64,000 nt of DNA. Origin: a bacterium. Lineage in GTDB: Bacteria; RBG-13-61-14; DATKZS01. The notes under the pieces are model-generated. The model made no database searches, had not been told where the DNA came from, and worked only from the letters and a program-made list of their open reading frames with translations. Made by a program: the position numbers and the translations under genes. Shown here one piece after another: positions 60,311-64,000 of this stretch. Numbering within the stretch: position 1 is the first letter of the stretch; every line of letters starts with the position of its first letter. Location: contig CAXXFL010000007.1 of assembly GCA_963674965.2 (NCBI GenBank), positions 512,001 to 576,000 of the forward strand, written 5' to 3'.

Positions 60311-60724
60311 TCATCCCGTATAAACGCCGGTGAGAGAGTCGAGCGTGGTCTCGGACAGGTATTGCGAGACGCGCTCGTTGATTTCCTCGGTCAGTCCTCC
60401 CAGTATGCAGCGGCCGTTGCAAATGGGCTCGCCGAGCAAACAGGAGCAGCTCTCGAGCGGCCCCTCGATGGCCTCATATACCTGGAGAAGAGATATTTCC
60501 TGGGCGGGTCTTGCCAGCTCGAAGCCGCCGTCCGGGCCGCGCGTGGAACTTACCAGCCCCGCCTTGGCCAGACGCTGCATCACCTTGGACAAATGGTTCT
60601 GAGAGGCGCCGAGGATTTTGGCTATCTCCCTGGTCGAGCGCCTCTGGTCCGGATACGCCGCCAGCATGGTGGCCGCGTGCAGGGCCAGCGTGGCGGCCTC
60701 GGAAATCCTGAGCAGGTTACTCAT
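60311..60724 (-). CDS. Rrf2-family transcriptional regulator
   Basis: HLSKVMQRL, STRGPDGGF.LAR, ISLLQVYEAIEG and a Cys cluster. Confidence 0.93.
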   Translation of the reverse strand: MSNLLRISEAATLALHAATMLAAYPDQRRSTREIAKILGASQNHLSKVMQRLAKAGLVSSTRGPDGGFELARPAQEISLLQVYEAIEGPLESCSCLLGEPICNGRCILGGLTEEINERVSQYLSETTLDSLTGVYTG

Positions 60725-60776
60725 GGATTAAATTATATTACGTTTCGCCGAAAAGGTCTCGCGGCTTTGGGCCCGG

Positions 60777-61814
60777 CTACTTCCTGTCGCCGGCGGCCTT
60801 CAACAAAAGACCCTTTTTCCTGGGCGGCGGGTTGGGATAATCGGGGTCCCCCACGATCGTGCCCACGTTGATGGTGATGCCCTCCTGTTGGAAAAACTCC
60901 CGGATAATCCGCTCGAGTTCCTCCCGGTCCACGTCGTCAAGCTCCTTTTCCATGCGGGCCGTGAAGCGGTCCAGACGGTCGGCCACGGCGGAGAGGTCGT
61001 CGGCCGCGGCCAGAAGTTCCTCGACCTTGGCCCGGACCTTGTCCTCATCCTCGGGGGCCATGGCCCGCACCTCGGTGAGGGTCTTGTCCAATTTGCGTAT
61101 CAGCCGACGGGCCTCGGCCAGGGTGGGCGAGACCTCATCCAGGGCCGAGCGAAGGTCCGAGACCATGGGACCGACCTCGGGCTTTATCTCCGCCGTGATC
61201 TCTTTTAAGTCCTCCGTGGCGTCGGCCGCGTTGTTGATCGCGCGGCGCAGGTCGTCCACGTCCTCCGGCTGAATCCGGGAGAGGGCCACCAGGAGGTTGG
61301 CCAGGCGCTCCCTGTCCTCGGGCTTTAAGTTGTCCATGAACTTCTTTAGGCCCTCGAGTATGGAGATGCCCTCGCCGATCAGGTCCTCGAGGTTGGGCGG
61401 GTCCACTCCCCGAACCGAGTCGCCGTCGTTCAAGACCTTGGCCTCGGCCGAGCCGGGGGTGATCTCGACTATCTTTCCGCCCAGGAGGCTTTCCATGCGG
61501 ATGGCGAAGGTCGAGTCCTCCCTTATCAGCTTCCTGGCGTTGATGTCGATAAGGAGGACCAGCTCGAGGACGTGACCGTCCTTGGCCTCGGCCGGGTCGG
61601 GTATCACGATCTTCTCGACCTTGCCCACCTTGGCTCCGGCCAGGTAGACGTTGGACCCCGGGTCGATGCCCCCGGCGTAATCAAGGGTGACGTTGACGCG
61701 GTAGGTGTTGGTAAAGGGGTTCCAGTCCCCCAATATGAAAATGAAGGCGAACACCAGCGCGATGGCCGTGACCACCACCAACCCGACCTTGACCTCTAAG
61801 CTGAATCTTTCCAT
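60777..61814 (-). CDS. mlaD: MCE/MlaD-family protein
   Basis: KVGL TM, GSNVYLAGAKVGKV and SLLGGKIVEITPG motifs; helical tail. Confidence 0.9.
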   Translation of the reverse strand: MERFSLEVKVGLVVVTAIALVFAFIFILGDWNPFTNTYRVNVTLDYAGGIDPGSNVYLAGAKVGKVEKIVIPDPAEAKDGHVLELVLLIDINARKLIREDSTFAIRMESLLGGKIVEITPGSAEAKVLNDGDSVRGVDPPNLEDLIGEGISILEGLKKFMDNLKPEDRERLANLLVALSRIQPEDVDDLRRAINNAADATEDLKEITAEIKPEVGPMVSDLRSALDEVSPTLAEARRLIRKLDKTLTEVRAMAPEDEDKVRAKVEELLAAADDLSAVADRLDRFTARMEKELDDVDREELERIIREFFQQEGITINVGTIVGDPDYPNPPPRKKGLLLKAAGDRK

Positions 61815-61827
61815 ATTCTTGCCCTTG

Positions 61828-62700
61828 TCACGCGAAGCTGAGAACGGCGGTTACGAGTTTATCAGCGATAACTCCGATCGTAAAGTCGATAATGATTAAA
61901 ATCAGGATCGCCGTGACCACCGCCTTGGTGGTCGCCTCGCCCACGCCCCGTGCCCCTCCGCGGCATTTCAGACCGTAATAGCAGGCCACCACCGGCACGA
62001 CCCATCCCAGGGCCAGCGACTTGAGTATGAGGTTTATGAAATCCGGCCAGTTGACGAACTGGTTCATCATGGCAAGGTAGTATTTATAGTTGAAACTCTG
62101 GATGCTGGCCAGGTGCCCCATGATAAATGCGCAAAACAGGCCGATGATGGAGAGGGCCACCTGCATGAGCACGCAGGCCAGGAAGCGGGGGACCACCAGG
62201 TAGTGAATGGGTGACACGCCCATCAGCTCGAGGGCGTCTATCTGGTCGGTGGTTTTCATGCCGCCGATCTCGGCGGTGAACCCGGCGCCGACCTTGGCCG
62301 CCAGCATGGCCGCCACCACCACGGCCCCGAACTCGCGGAAGAACATGATGCCGGCCACGCCGGGGATGAACCTTATATCGTGGATGAGCCGGTCCATCTG
62401 GAAGTCCAGCTCGAGCATGACGATCATGCCCAACGAGCCGAGGGTCACGGCGATGAGGGGAATCGAGTTCCATCCGACCACGACGCACTGCTCGAGAAGG
62501 GCCCGGAAGCGGTAAGGCGGACGGGGAATGAACAGGAGGACCTGGACCAGAAGGGAGACGATGCCGCCCATGGTCTCGAGGAAACCGAGAAGGGCGTTGC
62601 CGATGCCCTCGAAGGTCAGTCCCAGCCGGGCCACGTAAAGTATCTGCATGAGGGCCCGAACGATGGTCCGGACGGCGGGGTATTTGAGGATGGCCGTCAT
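61828..62700 (-). CDS. mlaE: MlaE-family ABC permease
   Basis: REFG, AEIGGMKTTDQIDAL and GVGEATT motifs. Confidence 0.92.
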   Translation of the reverse strand: MTAILKYPAVRTIVRALMQILYVARLGLTFEGIGNALLGFLETMGGIVSLLVQVLLFIPRPPYRFRALLEQCVVVGWNSIPLIAVTLGSLGMIVMLELDFQMDRLIHDIRFIPGVAGIMFFREFGAVVVAAMLAAKVGAGFTAEIGGMKTTDQIDALELMGVSPIHYLVVPRFLACVLMQVALSIIGLFCAFIMGHLASIQSFNYKYYLAMMNQFVNWPDFINLILKSLALGWVVPVVACYYGLKCRGGARGVGEATTKAVVTAILILIIIDFTIGVIADKLVTAVLSFA

Positions 62701-62701
62701 C

Positions 62702-63553
62702 TCAGCCGAACTCCAGAAGCGACTCGGCCACCTGGAAGGTCAGGCTGGACAGGCCGGCGATGATGTAATCCACGATGAAGATGGCCAGGGAACTGGTGAC
62801 CAGACAGGAGTTGACCGCCTTGCCCACTCCCTCGGTGCCCCCCTCCGTCATAATCCCCTTGTAACAGGAGATGGTTGATAAAAGAAGACCGAAGAGCACG
62901 GCCTTGGCCATGCCGTTGAAAAGGGCCCAGGCCGCGTCCAGGCTCCTGATGCCCGCGAAGTACTTCGAGACGCCCATGTCCGCCAGGATGTATGCCGCCA
63001 GGGCCCCGCCCATGGTGGCGATTATCAGGCCCAGGATGGTCAGGACGAAAATCATGACCGTGACCGCTATGAAGCGGGGAACGATCAGGAACTGGATGGG
63101 GTTGGCGCCCAGGCAGCGGACCGCGTCTATCTGCTCGGTGACCTTCATCGTGCCCAGCTCCGCCGTTATATATGCCCCCACCCGTCCGGCCACCATGACC
63201 GAGACCAGGACCGGCCCGACCTCCCGCAGCAGCCCCGAGGTGGCGATGCCGCCCAGGTACTGGTTGGCCCGGAAAAGGCCGAGGGCGTACTCGAACTGAA
63301 GACCCACGATGGCGCCCACGAAGAGACCGGCGATGATAACGATGGGGACCGACTTGACCCCCACCTGGTAAAGCTGGATCACCAACTCGCCCCACTCGAA
63401 GGGACGCCTGAACATGGACCTTATCACCATCCCGAAAAAAATCACCATGCCGCCCAACTCGCGAAGGAAAGGGCCGAACCAGGTGAACAGGTAACCCACC
63501 AGCAGGAAGGGAAGCTGCCAGAGGCGGTCGAGGAATTTGAGGACGGGACTCAA
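62702..63553 (-). CDS. mlaE: MlaE-family ABC permease
   Basis: REVGP, AGRVG..ITAELGTMKVTEQIDA motifs. Confidence 0.93.
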   Translation of the reverse strand: MSPVLKFLDRLWQLPFLLVGYLFTWFGPFLRELGGMVIFFGMVIRSMFRRPFEWGELVIQLYQVGVKSVPIVIIAGLFVGAIVGLQFEYALGLFRANQYLGGIATSGLLREVGPVLVSVMVAGRVGAYITAELGTMKVTEQIDAVRCLGANPIQFLIVPRFIAVTVMIFVLTILGLIIATMGGALAAYILADMGVSKYFAGIRSLDAAWALFNGMAKAVLFGLLLSTISCYKGIMTEGGTEGVGKAVNSCLVTSSLAIFIVDYIIAGLSSLTFQVAESLLEFG

Positions 63554-64000
63554 GCTTTGCGTCCTCCCTCGGCCAGGCCCTTTTTGAACTCGAGAACGCT
63601 CTCGCTCGTCGCCTCCATGAACTCGGGCACGGAGCCCACGAAGGAGAACTTTCCATCCCAGAGCACTCCCACCCTGTCGGCCAGGTTCTTCATGCTCATG
63701 AGGTCGTGGCTGACGACTATGGAGGTCGCGTTCATGCTCTCGTTAAGGTGCTTGATCAGGCCGTCGATCTTGCCGGCGGTAAAGGGATCGAGCCCGGTGG
63801 TGGGCTCGTCGTATAAAAGGTACTTGGGGTTCATGACGAGGGTCCGGGCCAGGCCCACCCTTTTCTGCTCGCCGAAGCTGAGCTCGTCGGGCATGCGCTC
63901 GGAGATTTCGGGATCGAGCTCGACGCGGCGGAGGGACTCGGCCACGCGCTCGAATATTTCATCCTCCTCCACGTCTCCCAGCCGCCGGAGGCCGAAGGCC
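63550..64000 (-). CDS. mlaF: MlaF-like ABC ATPase (5' part outside window)
   Basis: LSFGEQKRVGLAR, LYDEPTTGLDP and VSHD motifs. Confidence 0.9.
   Translation of the reverse strand, partial: AFGLRRLGDVEEDEIFERVAESLRRVELDPEISERMPDELSFGEQKRVGLARTLVMNPKYLLYDEPTTGLDPFTAGKIDGLIKHLNESMNATSIVVSHDLMSMKNLADRVGVLWDGKFSFVGSVPEFMEATSESVLEFKKGLAEGGRKA

Overview
GC-rich bacterial DNA; gene content suggests an anaerobic delta-proteobacterium (Desulfobacterota-like; inference). Left to right: (1) 1-7.5 kb, a mobile-element and toxin-immunity hotspot with a frameshifted ISNCY/IS5-like copy, an IS110/IS1111-type element with a structured downstream non-coding region, an IS3 element, two internally deleted RAYT (HUH Y1) remnants, orphan RHS-core fragments and AT-rich immunity-like genes, with AGATCYGGGGACAC repeats at the junctions. 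(2) 8.5-27.4 kb, a co-oriented 24-gene oxygen/ROS defence supercluster headed by a PerR/Fur regulator: rubrerythrins, superoxide reductase, ferritin, TrxB and a disulfide oxidoreductase, a 2-oxoacid oxidoreductase, YyaL, an octaheme HAO-like cytochrome, rubredoxins, a flavodiiron protein and cytochrome bd. (3) A cyclophilin, then a 5 kb AT-rich island bracketed by two related inverted palindromes. It encodes a putative HEPN-like protein (split by ISL3) overlapping a ~960-aa helical protein, a candidate uncharacterised defence system. (4) Glycosylation genes (two GT4, WcaJ, O-antigen ligase-like) downstream of a PilZ / REC-MshEN / two-component cluster. (5) A PQQ-type propeller, an ABC permease and ATPase, an intact inverted ISNCY copy, a Zn-ribbon Pro-rich membrane protein, an MBL hydrolase, a membrane spermidine-synthase-like protein, Rrf2 and mlaFEED. 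No tRNA, rRNA or CRISPR array was seen. All family calls come from motif recognition by eye, not database searches.
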